Part shown: positions 47,914-59,657 of the stretch, one piece after another | How positions within the stretch are numbered: position 1 is the first letter of the stretch | Layout: each line of letters starts with the position of its first letter | Assembly: GCA_965203495.1 (NCBI GenBank) | Contig: CBDBDB010000003.1 | Coordinates: 11,297-75,296 of the forward strand | Reading direction: 5' to 3' | Length of the DNA stretch: 64,000 nucleotides | Source: Candidatus Multivorans sp. | Lineage (GTDB): Bacteria; Acidobacteriota; Thermoanaerobaculia; Multivoradales; Multivoraceae | Program-made: the position numbers and the translations under genes | The notes under the pieces: model-generated | The model's database searches: none | Seen by the model: the letters and a program-made list of their open reading frames with translations, nothing else | Told to the model about the DNA's origin: nothing

Positions 47914-49107
47914 ATGCGGCGCCTCAGCTTCGGCCCGGTCCGAACCTCCGCCGACCTGGAGGCCTTGGCATACCACGAAGCCCTGGCCTTCAACACGCCC
48001 TACGACTCGTGCGTCTCCTGGCTGCGAGCCACACGCGACGACGTGCGCGTCCTGCGCGCGGAAGGCGATGTCGTCGGGGGCCTGGTCCGGTACGACATGG
48101 GCCTGTTCCTTGGGGGCCGGTCAGTCCGCAACCTGGGCATCGCCGGGGTCGCGATCAGTCCCGCGGCCCGCGGCCGCGGCGCGGCGTCATCTCTGTTGTC
48201 GGCCACCCTGAACGAACTGCACGACGCCGGCGTGGCGGTGTCCACCCTCTACCCCACGACCTTCACCCTGTACGGCCGCGCCGGCTACGCGGTTGCCGGC
48301 CACCGCTACCAGTACCGGCTGCCGCTCGACGGACTGGGACGCGTCCGGGCGAGCGGAGAGATCCGTCGGCTCGACCCGGACGCCGACGCGGACGGGCTCG
48401 CGCGGCTCTACCGGCGGTTGGCCGCGCACCGCCCCGGCTGGCTTGACCGCAACGAACACATCTGGCAGCGCGTCCATAGCCACCCGGCCGGCCGGGACGT
48501 GCATGGCTATGTCCTGCCGGCGGACGACGGCGCCATCGACGGCTACGTGGTCTACACGCTGGGCGCGGTGGGCCGTTATCCGTACGACCTCAAGATCCGC
48601 GACGTTCAGGTGGCGCATCCCGGCGCGGCGCGGCGCATTCTCGCGCTGTTCTCGGACTGCCGCACCATCGCCCGACACGCGATCTGGCACGGACCGCTGG
48701 ACGACCCGCTGCTCCTCGCCGTGCCGGAGCTCGGGACCCGGATCTCCATCGCGGAGACCTGGATGATCCGCATCGTCGACGTCCGGGCGGCGTTCGGCGA
48801 GCGCGGCTATCCGGCATCCGCGAGCGTCAGGCTCGACCTGGAACTGACGGACGACGTCCTGCCCGGCAACGCGGGCCGTTGGCTGATCGAGATCGACGGC
48901 GGCGAGGCCAGGGCGAACCGGATCGATCAGGATGCGGGGCCCGACACGCTGAGGATGGACATCCGCGCACTCGGTTCTCTCTACACCGGCCACCTGAGCG
49001 CCCGACGCCTCGCCGCGTTGGACTTCCTCCGGGGATCGGCCGCTGCCCTGGAACGCGCGGACCGCGTCTTCGGCGCCGAGCCGCCGTCCATGCCGGACTA
49101 CTTCTGA
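47914..49107 (+). CDS. GNAT-family N-acetyltransferase, Eis-like (GNAT + C-terminal sterol-carrier-like domain)
   Basis: Acetyl-CoA binding block (IAGVAISPAARGRGAASSLLSATLNELHDAGVAVSTLYP). The roughly 400-aa length and C-terminal domain are as in Eis. Confidence 0.65.
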   Translation: MRRLSFGPVRTSADLEALAYHEALAFNTPYDSCVSWLRATRDDVRVLRAEGDVVGGLVRYDMGLFLGGRSVRNLGIAGVAISPAARGRGAASSLLSATLNELHDAGVAVSTLYPTTFTLYGRAGYAVAGHRYQYRLPLDGLGRVRASGEIRRLDPDADADGLARLYRRLAAHRPGWLDRNEHIWQRVHSHPAGRDVHGYVLPADDGAIDGYVVYTLGAVGRYPYDLKIRDVQVAHPGAARRILALFSDCRTIARHAIWHGPLDDPLLLAVPELGTRISIAETWMIRIVDVRAAFGERGYPASASVRLDLELTDDVLPGNAGRWLIEIDGGEARANRIDQDAGPDTLRMDIRALGSLYTGHLSARRLAALDFLRGSAAALERADRVFGAEPPSMPDYF

Positions 49108-49304
49108 CTAGGCCGCGCATGGAACCGGCCGCCCGCCGGGCAAGCGGCGCCGGCGCCGTGGCTCATGCGGCGTTGTTCGCTCCACGCAACCCTGCGGCGG
49201 AACGGACCGGGTGCGGCGTTGTCCGTTCCGTGCAAGACTTGCCGGTCGCAGGCGCCCGCGCCTGTCCGCGCGAACATCCGTCCATCAGGAGGGCCTGACA
49301 CGGC

Positions 49305-50255
49305 ATGACACAAGACCCCCATCGCAGACCCCGCGTCCTCCCGTTCCTGACCGCTCTCCTGCTGGCCGGACCGGCATTGACCCAGCCTCCGCCGCCGCCA
49401 TCCCAGGCGCCGCGAGCCGACGCCGCCGAGATCGAGGCGTTCCTCGGCGAGTGGGTGCTCGAGGTGCTCACCCGGCAAGGCTCGCTCAACAGCCTGATCA
49501 CGTTCGTCGACGACGACGGCAAGGCGAGCGCCGACTTCTACCTGGCGCGTGTGGCCGACGTCGTGGTCGAGAACGTCAGCCGCACGGAAACGGGCGTCCG
49601 ACTCGCGTGGAACCAGGACTTCGGCGGTCAACTCGTGCCGGTCGAGATGGACCTCGCGCGCGCCGGCGACGGTCTGGTCGGAAAGCTGGAGACGGGGTTC
49701 TTCAACGCCGACATCAAGGGCATGACGAAGGAGGCGGCCGAAGCGGCCGGAATCGTCGTCCGGCGCCAACCGGTCGACGACCGGGACGATCTGGGCATGT
49801 CCCGGGTCGAGGTCGGCGGCCAGGCGATCCGGCTCCGCTTCGATCGCCTGCCGGCGGCGGGCGCCGACTACGAACGACTCGGCAACCTGGGGGACGGCGA
49901 GGTCCTGGGCCCCATCTTCGGCAAGCCGTTCAAGTTCTGGACCGACGCCGACCTCGCGTTCGAGGACGTCGAAGTGGCCGCCCACAATCACGGTCCGACG
50001 TATCCAGGCGTCTACAGCCTCTGGCTGAAGCGCGAGGGCGACGGCTGGAATCTCGTGTTCAATCACCTGGCCGACGTCTGGGGCACGATGCACATGGCCG
50101 AACACGACGCCGGCGAGACGCCGCTGACGTTCCGCGCCCTCGCCGAACCGGCGGAGCGCACGGAGGGCGTGCTCGAGACGGACGGCGCCGGCGGCACGCT
50201 GACGATCCGCTGGGGAACGATGGAGTGGTCCGCGCCCTTCCGGGTCGTCGAGTGA
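49305..50255 (+). CDS. Exported DUF2911-family protein
   Basis: Signal peptide. C-terminal block FKFWTDADLAFEDVEVAAHNHGPTYPGVYSLWLKREGDGWNLVFNHLADVWGT is typical of DUF2911. Confidence 0.6.
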   Translation: MTQDPHRRPRVLPFLTALLLAGPALTQPPPPPSQAPRADAAEIEAFLGEWVLEVLTRQGSLNSLITFVDDDGKASADFYLARVADVVVENVSRTETGVRLAWNQDFGGQLVPVEMDLARAGDGLVGKLETGFFNADIKGMTKEAAEAAGIVVRRQPVDDRDDLGMSRVEVGGQAIRLRFDRLPAAGADYERLGNLGDGEVLGPIFGKPFKFWTDADLAFEDVEVAAHNHGPTYPGVYSLWLKREGDGWNLVFNHLADVWGTMHMAEHDAGETPLTFRALAEPAERTEGVLETDGAGGTLTIRWGTMEWSAPFRVVE

Positions 50256-50288
50256 AACGTCGGGGCGCCGAGTGAACCCCAGCCGCCG

Positions 50289-51491
50289 TCAGGGATCGGT
50301 CACGACCGGCGAACCGTCGCTCAGACTGTCGCTCGGATAGACGATCACCTGCTCGCCGACTTCCAGACCGCCAAGCACCTGGGCTTCCCGCGCGTTCCGT
50401 TCGCCGACCTCGATCGTTCTCAACGCCGCGCGGCCGCCGTCGACCGCGAACACGGCCCAGTTCTCGTCGCGCCGGAAGAGCGCTCCGGTCGGCGCCTTCA
50501 GTTCGTCCTCGCTCTCCCAGACGACGACTCGGGTCTCGACCCGGAATCCGTCGCCCAGGCCGTCCCGGACGGCCGGCGGATCAACGATGTCGATGACCAC
50601 GTTCACCCGCTGTTCCTCGACGCCCAGCGCCGAGATCTTCGTGAAACCGGAGGGCTCCACCCGCCGTACCCGCCCCCGCAGGGGCTGCTCCCCGCCCCAT
50701 CGATCGATCAGCACGCGCTGGCCCGACCGCATGCGGACGGCGTCCTTCGACAAGTAGTCGGCAACCACCTCGATCCGGGCCGGATCGCCCACCTCCAGCA
50801 GCGCCTCGCCGGCCGACACGACGGACTCGCTCTCCCGAACGCGACGCAGCACGACGCCCGAAACCGGCGACACGATCCGGATCGCCGTGCCGTTCATTTC
50901 CTCCGCGCTCTCGTCGCTGAACTGCAGCAGACGGGCCCGCGCCGCCTGCAACTCGCCGCGGGCGGTGCGCGCCGCGTAGTCGGCCGCCTCGACGGCCTCG
51001 CGGCGCGTATCGAGATCGAGCTGGGCGGCTTCCATCGTCTCGACCGAGACGATCCCCTCCTGGCTCAGCCTCAGATAGCGCGCCGCCTCCGAGCGCGAGT
51101 AGGCGAGTTCGGCCGCCGCCCGCTCGTGGTGCGCCTCGGCCTGACCAAGCGCGGCGGTCGCGGTCTGTACCGCCGCCTCCGCCTCGGCCCGGCTGCGGGC
51201 GTCGAGGAGCACCGGCGCCGAGGGCAGGAAGACCGCGAGCACCGTCTCGCCCGCCGACACGGCGTCGCCGGGCTCGAGTTCGATCCGCAGAACCCGGCCA
51301 GCAAGCGGCGCCGAGATGACGAACCGGTCCCGGACCCTCGTCTCGCCCTCGTCGTCGACGGTCACTTCAAGAGGTCCTCGCGCAACCTCGGCCAGTTCGG
51401 CCGGCACGGGCTGCGGCCGCGTGCCGAGAGCCACGGCGGCCACGACCACGACCATCGCCGCTCCCCACAACACCCAGCGCCTCGTCTTCAT
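50289..51491 (-). CDS. Efflux transporter periplasmic adaptor subunit (HlyD/MacA family)
   Basis: N-terminal TM, coiled-coil hairpin region (AAVQTATAALGQAEAHHERAAAELAYSRSEAARY...), and barrel-sandwich / beta-barrel domains. Confidence 0.8.
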   Translation of the reverse strand: MKTRRWVLWGAAMVVVVAAVALGTRPQPVPAELAEVARGPLEVTVDDEGETRVRDRFVISAPLAGRVLRIELEPGDAVSAGETVLAVFLPSAPVLLDARSRAEAEAAVQTATAALGQAEAHHERAAAELAYSRSEAARYLRLSQEGIVSVETMEAAQLDLDTRREAVEAADYAARTARGELQAARARLLQFSDESAEEMNGTAIRIVSPVSGVVLRRVRESESVVSAGEALLEVGDPARIEVVADYLSKDAVRMRSGQRVLIDRWGGEQPLRGRVRRVEPSGFTKISALGVEEQRVNVVIDIVDPPAVRDGLGDGFRVETRVVVWESEDELKAPTGALFRRDENWAVFAVDGGRAALRTIEVGERNAREAQVLGGLEVGEQVIVYPSDSLSDGSPVVTDP

Positions 51492-51505
51492 GGCCTCCCT
51501 CGCCG

Positions 51506-53875
51506 CTACTCGCGGGTCTTGAGCACGGCGACGAGATCGAGATCGCGGAGCTTGCGCCGCACGATCCAGGCCGAGACGGCCATCGAGCCGAGAACGGCGG
51601 CCGCGGAAACCAGGAACGTGCTCGGCTCGACGACCACCGGAAGCCGGAACAGCTCGGTCTCGAACACGCTCATCGCACCGGTGATCATGCCGAAGCCGAG
51701 GAGCAGGCCGAGCGGAATCGAGGCCGCCGTGAGTATCCCGAGTTCGCCGAGCAGGATCGAGGCGATCTCGCCGCGAGTGAAGCCGATCACCCGCAGGCTG
51801 GCGAGTTCGCGGCTGGTTTCGGACAACGAGATCCGGGCCGTGTTGTAGATCACGCCGAAGGCGATGATCACGGCGAAGAACAGGTTGACGCCCATCATCA
51901 TGCCCATGTTGTCAAGCATGTAGGTCTGGATGTTCCGCAGGACGGCGCCGCGCAGCGTCACGCCCGCCACCGCCGGCATCGCCTTCAGCAGAACGAACAG
52001 CCGCTCCTCGGCCAGCGCGTCGATCTTCAGCATCGCGCCGGTCATCGTGTCGTCGCGGCGCACCAGCCGCCGCAGCGACTCCTGCTCCATGTACGCCGTC
52101 ACGCCGAGCAGGTCGTCGACGGTGTCGGCCAGCACGACGTCACGCACGGGCCTTGCGTCCTCCATGATCTCGACCGTCAGCGTGTCGCCCGGCTCGACCT
52201 GCAGCTGTTCCGCGAGCAGCGTGGACAGGACGAGACCCGGCCGGTCGAGCCGGATGGCGCGATGGTCGACATCGACTACGCGCCGCAGCCTGGCGTCGGG
52301 CGCAAGCGCCTGGATCGCCGTGTACTTCCGCAGGTGGCCGTTGCGGAGCCGCGCCGCGACGCCGTTCGTCGGCTCGACCTGGAGCACGCCGGACAGCGAC
52401 GCGAGTTCGTGAACCGCGCTCCGTTCCACCGGCTCGAAGAAGCTCACCGAGAGATCCTGACGCTGGACGACGTTGAACTGCACCTCGAGGAGTTCGTCCA
52501 TCGAGTCCATCATCGCCCAACCCACGACCATGATCGCGCCGGCGAAGGCGATGCCGACGATCGACAGGATCGCGCGCACCGGGCGACGCGACAGGTTGCG
52601 GAGCACCATCCGCGCCGGTTGCGACAACCACCGCCGGGCGCCCAGCCGTTCGAACAGGGACACCCGGAAGGTCTCGGGACTCGCCGGGCGCATCGCTTCG
52701 GCGGGGGGCAGCGAAGCGACGCCGCGCACGGCGTCCAGGGCGCCCACCGCCGCGGCGGCGAAACTCGTCCCGACGGCGAGCAGAATGCCCGACGCCGGCA
52801 CGTCGTGAATCAGGAACGGGAAGCGGAAGTACTCCATGTAGACGCCCAGCATCGCCTCGGCCAGCAACAGGCCGGCGACGATCCCCGGCAGGGCGCCGAG
52901 GACCACCACGACCGCGGCCCACTGCACGTAGTGGACGCCGAGCCGGATGTTCGAGTAGCCGAGAGCCTTGAGCGCCGCGATCTGTTCGCGTTGCACCGCG
53001 ACCGTTCGCCGCAGGACGACATGGAGCAGGAACGCGGCCACGGCGAGAAAGATCAGGGGCACGAGAATCCCCATGCTCCGAAGCTGAGAGACCTCGTTCT
53101 GAAGGTACCAGTTCGAGGTCTGCTCCGAGCGCGGAATCGCCCCCAGGCCGCCGTACGGATCGAGAAGCGCGTCGAGCGCGACGATCGCCGCGCGTTCCAG
53201 GCCGGGCGAGTCGTCAGCGAGCGCCAGGGCGACGTCGTTGAATCCACCCTCCATGTCGAAGGCGGCAGCGAGGCGCCGCCGGGACATCCACAGGAAACCG
53301 AAGTGCTCCGGATCCGGGAACAGCTCGCCCGGGCCGATGCCGTAGACGAACTCCGGGCTGAGCGCGATGCCGACGATCTCCAGAGGCTGCCGGCGACCGT
53401 TGATCACCGCGAACAGGCGATCGCCCAGGTCGAGGCCGTGAGCTTCCGCGAATCGCTCGCCGACCAGGGCTTCCTCCGCCCGGTCCGGATCGAGGAACCG
53501 TCCGCGGCGCAGCGCGACGTCGTTGAGCGCCGGCCGGCCGCGCTCCGGCATGGACACCAGGCGTCCGTTGATCGGATCGGAAACTCCGGGCACGTCCAGC
53601 GAGACGCTCACGACCACCCGGGTCTGCACCTTCTCCACTCCCGGGATGGCCGCGATCCGCTGCTCGACCCGGTCGGGAACGCGCCTGGCGGAGGCGAACA
53701 CATCGGCGAAGGCGTACCGGGCGTAGTAGGCGTCGCGAGTCGTCACCAGCGAACCGAACACTCCGCGCGCCATGACCAGCAGAGCGATTCCCGACGCCAC
53801 GACCAGGGCGATCGCCAGCGCCTGGGACCGCACGTTCCAGAGGTCGCGCAGCAGCTTGCGGTCCAGGGATCTCAT
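51506..53875 (-). CDS. ABC transporter permease with two FtsX-like domains (MacB/YbbP-like)
   Basis: 789 aa with two repeats of the FtsX-type 4-TM module and large periplasmic domains. Confidence 0.8.
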   Translation of the reverse strand: MRSLDRKLLRDLWNVRSQALAIALVVASGIALLVMARGVFGSLVTTRDAYYARYAFADVFASARRVPDRVEQRIAAIPGVEKVQTRVVVSVSLDVPGVSDPINGRLVSMPERGRPALNDVALRRGRFLDPDRAEEALVGERFAEAHGLDLGDRLFAVINGRRQPLEIVGIALSPEFVYGIGPGELFPDPEHFGFLWMSRRRLAAAFDMEGGFNDVALALADDSPGLERAAIVALDALLDPYGGLGAIPRSEQTSNWYLQNEVSQLRSMGILVPLIFLAVAAFLLHVVLRRTVAVQREQIAALKALGYSNIRLGVHYVQWAAVVVVLGALPGIVAGLLLAEAMLGVYMEYFRFPFLIHDVPASGILLAVGTSFAAAAVGALDAVRGVASLPPAEAMRPASPETFRVSLFERLGARRWLSQPARMVLRNLSRRPVRAILSIVGIAFAGAIMVVGWAMMDSMDELLEVQFNVVQRQDLSVSFFEPVERSAVHELASLSGVLQVEPTNGVAARLRNGHLRKYTAIQALAPDARLRRVVDVDHRAIRLDRPGLVLSTLLAEQLQVEPGDTLTVEIMEDARPVRDVVLADTVDDLLGVTAYMEQESLRRLVRRDDTMTGAMLKIDALAEERLFVLLKAMPAVAGVTLRGAVLRNIQTYMLDNMGMMMGVNLFFAVIIAFGVIYNTARISLSETSRELASLRVIGFTRGEIASILLGELGILTAASIPLGLLLGFGMITGAMSVFETELFRLPVVVEPSTFLVSAAAVLGSMAVSAWIVRRKLRDLDLVAVLKTRE

Positions 53876-53903
53876 CGTCCGGCCTGAAGATCTCTCCGGG
53901 GCC

Positions 53904-54634
<731 letters not shown>

Positions 54635-54635
<1 letters not shown>

Positions 54636-56793
54636 CAGGGCAGCTCGATGTCGGGAGGCGCCGCGGACAGCTCGACGATCATCTCGGTGAACTCGCCCGG
54701 GACCGTGTCGACGCGGATCATGCCGCCGTGCTCGCGCACGATGTCCGCCGAGAGCGCCAGGCCCAGGCCCGTACCCTGGTCCGTCGGCTTGGTGGTGAAG
54801 AACGGATTGAAGATCCTGTCCACGATGTCCCTCGGGATCCCGTCGCCGTTGTCCCGGATCCGGACCTCTACGCCGTCGTCCATCCTTCGCGTCGTCACCG
54901 TCAGCGTCGGCTCGTAGGAGTCGTCGTCCGCGGCGAGCCGCTTCTCGTTGGTGGCGTAGCAGGCGTTGCCGACCAGATTGAGGAACACGCGGCCCACGTC
55001 CTGGGACACGACCTCCAGCATGCCCAGGTCCGGATCGAAGTCCTTCTCGATCGTCAGGTTGAAGTCCGGGTCGGAAGCGCGAGCGCTGTGGTAGGCGAGC
55101 CCGACGTGCTCGTCGACCAGCCGGTTGATGTCGGCCTGCTCGCGGCCGGCGGAGCCCCGGCCCATCTTCAGCATGTCGGTGACGATCCGGTTGGCGCGCT
55201 CGCCGTGGCTCTGAATCAGCTTCAGGTTGCCGCTCAGATCCTCGAAGATCTCCCCGATCTCCTCCCGCTGATCCTCGCTCAGGCTGCCGTCCGCGTTCTC
55301 CTTCAACATCTCCTCGACCTCCTCGAGAAGTTCAGAGGACACTTCGGAGAAGTTCTTGACGAAGTTGAGAGGATTCTTGATTTCGTGGGCGACGCCGGCC
55401 GTCAGTTCGCCGAGCGCGGCGAGCTTCTCGCGCATCACGATCTGATCCTGAGCCTTCTGCAGGTCGACCAGCACGACCTCCAGCTCCTGGTTCTTCTCCT
55501 TCAGCTCTTCCGCCAGCTTCTCGACCAGGTTCAGTCGCTGCACTTCCAGCGCGTGACGACGGAAGACCTCGAGAGCCGCGGCCATGTCCGCGACCTCGTC
55601 GTTGCCGCCGATGCCGATTTCGGCCTCCAGATTGCCGTCCGCCATCTCGCGCATGCTGTTCGACAGCGCCTCGAACCGGCGTACGAGGAGTCGCCCCACG
55701 AACAACCAGGCAATGAAGACGGCGCCGGCAATGCTGACGACGTTCAGGCCGATCAGCAGCGCTCTTCCCGTGCGGATGGCCTGGGATGCCGCCACGGTCG
55801 CCACGTCCGAACGGGACCGCGACGCGGCGACGAGGCTCTCCACGTCGCGGCTCAGCCTCGCCGCCAGATCGCGGTTCTGCCCCAGCAACTCCTGCTGCCG
55901 ATCCAGCGCATCGACCTCGCGGCGCCTCAGATCGAAGGACTCCCGGCTCTTCTCCAGGGTTTGTTCGAACAGAGGCTTCAACCGGTTGGACGTCGCGGTG
56001 TCGCCGATCGCGCCGAGAGCGCGTTCGATGCTGGTAGCGGAAGACTCGTAGCGCTCCTCGACCGGCTCGATGGCGGGGCCGTCGGTCAACACCGCAAGGC
56101 TCTTCAGGAGTTGATCGATGATCGTGATGTCCTGCTGAAGCCCGACCAGCACGCGATAGCGGTCGATCTCGGGCTCGGAGAAGTGCACCTCGCGGGACAC
56201 CCGCGGCTGGTCGAACGACCGGAAGCCGGTCATCGCGTAGAACAGCTGATCGTCGAGAGCCGGCAACAGAAGCGCGGCGATCCGGCCCTGCAGCCCGTCC
56301 AGGTCCGATCGCAGCGTCCGGCCCGCGGCGCCAAGTTCGAACCCTTCCGAGACCGACTCCTGGATCGCCGCGATGTTCCGGATCAGCTCTTCGCCCCGCG
56401 TCTGGATGCTCGCGATTTCCTCTTCGCCGCCAAGCGGCGCCTCGGACCCGCCCTCCTGGCGCATGAGTTCCGCGAGCGCGCCTTCGAAGTCCCGGCTGGC
56501 CGGCGCGATCTCGACCCAGACCCGGTCCAGTTCGCTCCGGTTCGCGGCCGCGGTCAGCCCGGGTCCCGCCGCCACCAGGGTGCCACTGCCCTGGGCGACG
56601 CCGAACGCCGCCGCGAGTTCGGGCACCGTGCCCTCGTTGACCCGGCTCTGGGAATCGCCCACCTGAGCGAAGGCGAACAGCGCAACGACACTCGCCGCGA
56701 GGGTCAGCGCCGCGGCGCCGCCGATGCCGACGTAGAGCTGCGTGGAGATCCGGAAACGTCCCTCCGCGAGTCGGCGAAACCACGAAATCATCG
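54635..56793 (-). CDS. Sensor histidine kinase (TM - periplasmic sensor - TM - HAMP - coiled coil - HisKA - HATPase_c)
   Basis: The ATG at 56793 overlaps the stop of the upstream binding-protein gene (ATGA). H-box [11 protein letters not shown]; ATPase N/G boxes ([10 protein letters not shown] ... GTGLGLAL). Confidence 0.85.
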
Positions 56794-58009
56794 CTTCGCG
56801 GCGCCTTCGAGCCGCGTCGCCGGTCGATACCGGCCACGTTCGTCGATCACGGTCAGGAACACGGCGTCCGACCCCTGGTTGTCGTCCTCGCCGAACGCCA
56901 GTCGGAATCCGTCCAGGTCCAGGGAGCCGGCGCCGCGCAACGTCCGGATGAAGCGATCCCGATCGACCGTCATCCCGCAGCGCTCCAGCGCCTCGATCAC
57001 CAAGCGGCCGGCAAGGTACCCCTCGAACGAAACGAAACCGGGCTCGGCGCCCGGGGTATGGGCGCGCAGAGCGCGCCGGTAGGCGGCGGCGACTCTCGAG
57101 CCGGGCGCGCTCGGAAACGGCACGACCTGGGTGACGTAGACGCCGGCGCCGCGTGGACCGAGTTCTTCCGCGAGAGCGTTGCTGCCCACGAAGGACAGGG
57201 TCATGAAGACCGGATCCAGCCCCATGTGCCGAATCCAGGCGACCAGACTGGCGACCGGCTGATAGGCGCCCACGATGATGACGGCCTCGGGACGCCCCAC
57301 CTCGATGTCGACGATGGCCGTCTTGACGGCGGTCGTGTTGCGCGGATAGACGCCGATGGCGACCGCCTCCATGCCCCGCCTGTCGAGCGCGGCACGAACG
57401 CCCGCCAGGCCGGCGCGGCCGAAGGAGTCGTTCTGGATGACGACGGCGATCCGCTCGATGCCCAGATCCCTGGTCAGCCGCTCCACCATCTCCTCCGTTT
57501 CCTGGGCGTAGGAGGCGCGGAGGTTGATCACATGCGGTTTCGCCGCGGAGAAAGCCGGCGCCCGTGAACGGAGCGATGTACGGCACGCCGGCCTCTTCCG
57601 CAACCGGCGCCGCGGAGCGGGAAGTCGGCGTGCCGACGCCGCCGACCAGCGCGAACACGCCCTCGACCTCGATCAGACGGCGCGTGTTCCGGATCGCGGC
57701 CTCCGGTTCGTAGCCGTCGTCCACGGTCACCAGTTCCAGCCGCCGACCATGAATGCCGCCGCCGTCGTTGGCCTCCTTGAAGGCCGCCTGGATGCCGAGC
57801 CTCATTCCCCTCCCCAGTTCGGCGGCCGGTCCGCTGAACGCCGCGGACTGCCCGAACAGGATGCGCCCGGCCGCAACGCCTGGCGTCCCTTCCGACTCGG
57901 TCGGCTCAGCTGGGGGCGGCTGAGCCGGCGACGCCGCCGGCGCGGCCAGCAGAGCCGCCGCGGCCCAGGCCGAGGCGATCAGGGCTGTTCCAGCAGCACG
58001 TGCGCGCAT
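56788..58009 (-). pseudogene. Periplasmic Leu/Ile/Val-binding-protein-like (PBP1, LivK family) solute-binding protein gene with a single-nucleotide frameshift near 57540
   Basis: The N-terminal 155 aa (signal peptide ... GRILFGQSAAFSGPAAELGRGMRLGIQAAF ... VPYIAPFTGAGFLR) are in one frame (ORF from 58009). The remainder (HVINLRASYAQETEEMVERL ... FVSFEGYLAGRLVIEALERCG ...) is in the frame of ORF 56788..57603. Both halves match one LivK-like protein. Confidence 0.65.
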
Positions 58010-58035
58010 CGCTCTCGGCCGTCCCGCGCCGCGGT

Positions 58036-58434
58036 TCAGCTCCGGCGCTTGACCATCGTGACGTGGTTGCGGCCGCGCTCGCGACTGTACGACGCCTCGT
58101 CCATCAGCGCCTTGACGAAGTGGACTCCCAAGCCGCCGATCCTGCGCTCCTGAACTCCCGCGTCGAGGTCCGGCTCAGCCGCCTCCCGGAAGGGGTCGAA
58201 CGCTTTCCCGCCATCGCGAACATCTACCCGCACTTCCTCGTCGCTCGACGTGACGTCGATTTCGATCTCGCTGCCGCCCGGTTCGATTCCGCCGTGACGC
58301 ACGACGTTCGTCGTCACTTCCTCGAGGCCGAGAACGACTGCGTACGTCACGTCCCTCGTCCAACGCTCCTCCCGACCGGAGCGTCTCGACAGCCTCCGAG
58401 ACACGCGCGAGTTCGCCGATCCGGTTCGGTACAC
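58036..58434 (-). CDS. Anti-sigma regulatory factor, Ser/Thr protein kinase (RsbW/SpoIIAB-like, HATPase_c_2)
   Basis: LEEVTTNVVRHGG ... IDVRDGGKAFDPF ... RIGGLGVHFVKALMDE are GHKL kinase N/G-box-like blocks in a roughly 130-aa protein. Confidence 0.7.
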   Translation of the reverse strand: MYRTGSANSRVSRRLSRRSGREERWTRDVTYAVVLGLEEVTTNVVRHGGIEPGGSEIEIDVTSSDEEVRVDVRDGGKAFDPFREAAEPDLDAGVQERRIGGLGVHFVKALMDEASYSRERGRNHVTMVKRRS

Positions 58435-58452
58435 GGAACTTGAGGGTGGCGC

Positions 58453-59634
58453 TCACTCGTCGGCGACGCGCAAGGTCATGCAGGTCAGATCGTCGAACTG
58501 CGGCGCTTCGCCGGCGAAGTCCCGCACGGCCCGCAGGATCGTCTCGGCGGCTTCCCGGGCGCTCGGCGTCGGACCGTCCCGAAACAGCCCCTGAAGCGAC
58601 TCGAGACCGAACTCCTCGTTCGAGACGTTGATCGCCTCGGTGACCCCGTCCGTGAAGAAGACGACGAGATCTCCCGGATCGAGCCGGACGCTGGCCTGCC
58701 CGTACTCGAAGCCTGGCATCGCCCCGAGGGCGAGCCCGCCCGTCCGTTCGAGTTCCTCCGAACTCCCATCGGCGTGCACCACCAACGGCGGGTTGTGGCC
58801 GCCGTTGGCGAAGGTGAGCACCCTGGCCGAAGGTTCGTAGACGCCGTAGAACACGGTGACGAACATCGCCGCCTCGTTCGTCTCGTTCAGCAGGTCGTTC
58901 ACTTCCCGAAGCACCGTGGAAGGCGCCTCGGCGCCGATCGCCGACCCCTTGAGCAGCGTGCGGCTCGACATCATGAACAGGGCCGCCGGCACTCCCTTGT
59001 CCGACACGTCGGCCACCGCGAGCCCGATCCGCCCCGCATCGAGGTTGATCACGTCGAAGAAGTCCCCTCCGACGTTGCGCGCGGCATGCATGCATCCGTA
59101 GACCTCGCAGCCGTCCAGACGGGGGAAGGTGTCCGGCAGGATCGACTGCTGGATCTTCGTCGCCACGTCGAGCTCGTTCTGTATCGCCACCAGCTTGTCG
59201 CGCGAGGCGAGAGCGGCGCGCCACTCGTCCAGGTGCCGCAACGTCCGCTCGATGGTCACCTCGAGATCGGTGAAGTCGATCGGCTTGGTGACGAAGTCGA
59301 AGGCGCCGCGGTTCATCGCGGTGCGGATGTTCTCCATGTCCCCGTAGGCCGAGACGATGACCGAGCGGAGATCCGAGTTCACCTCGGGAATCTGCTGCAG
59401 CAGGGTCAGGCCGTCCATCCTCGGCATGTTGATGTCCGAGAGAACGATGTCGATTTCCCTCTTCTCCGCCAGGACCTCCAGCGCCTCGACGCCGTTGCCG
59501 GCGAACTCGAAGCCGTACTTGCCGCTGCGGATCTGACGCCGCATGCGCTGGCGAACCAGACGCTCCAGATCCGGCTCGTCGTCGACGACCAGGATCCTGT
59601 AGTCGGGATTGTCCGGATCCCCCACCTGGACCGC
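58453..59634 (-). CDS. Response regulator receiver domain fused to PP2C-type (SpoIIE/RsbU-like) Ser/Thr phosphatase
   Basis: REC block (ILVVDDEPDLERL ... DIVLSDINMPRMDGLTLL) followed by a PP2C block (GGDFFDVINLDAGRIGLAVADVSDKGVPAALFM ... TFANGGHNPPLVV). A GTG start at 59634 is proposed. Confidence 0.8.
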   Translation of the reverse strand, partial: AVQVGDPDNPDYRILVVDDEPDLERLVRQRMRRQIRSGKYGFEFAGNGVEALEVLAEKREIDIVLSDINMPRMDGLTLLQQIPEVNSDLRSVIVSAYGDMENIRTAMNRGAFDFVTKPIDFTDLEVTIERTLRHLDEWRAALASRDKLVAIQNELDVATKIQQSILPDTFPRLDGCEVYGCMHAARNVGGDFFDVINLDAGRIGLAVADVSDKGVPAALFMMSSRTLLKGSAIGAEAPSTVLREVNDLLNETNEAAMFVTVFYGVYEPSARVLTFANGGHNPPLVVHADGSSEELERTGGLALGAMPGFEYGQASVRLDPGDLVVFFTDGVTEAINVSNEEFGLESLQGLFRDGPTPSAREAAETILRAVRDFAGEAPQFDDLTCMTLRVADE

Positions 59635-59657
59635 CGCCCCTCTCGGGCTCGAACTCT

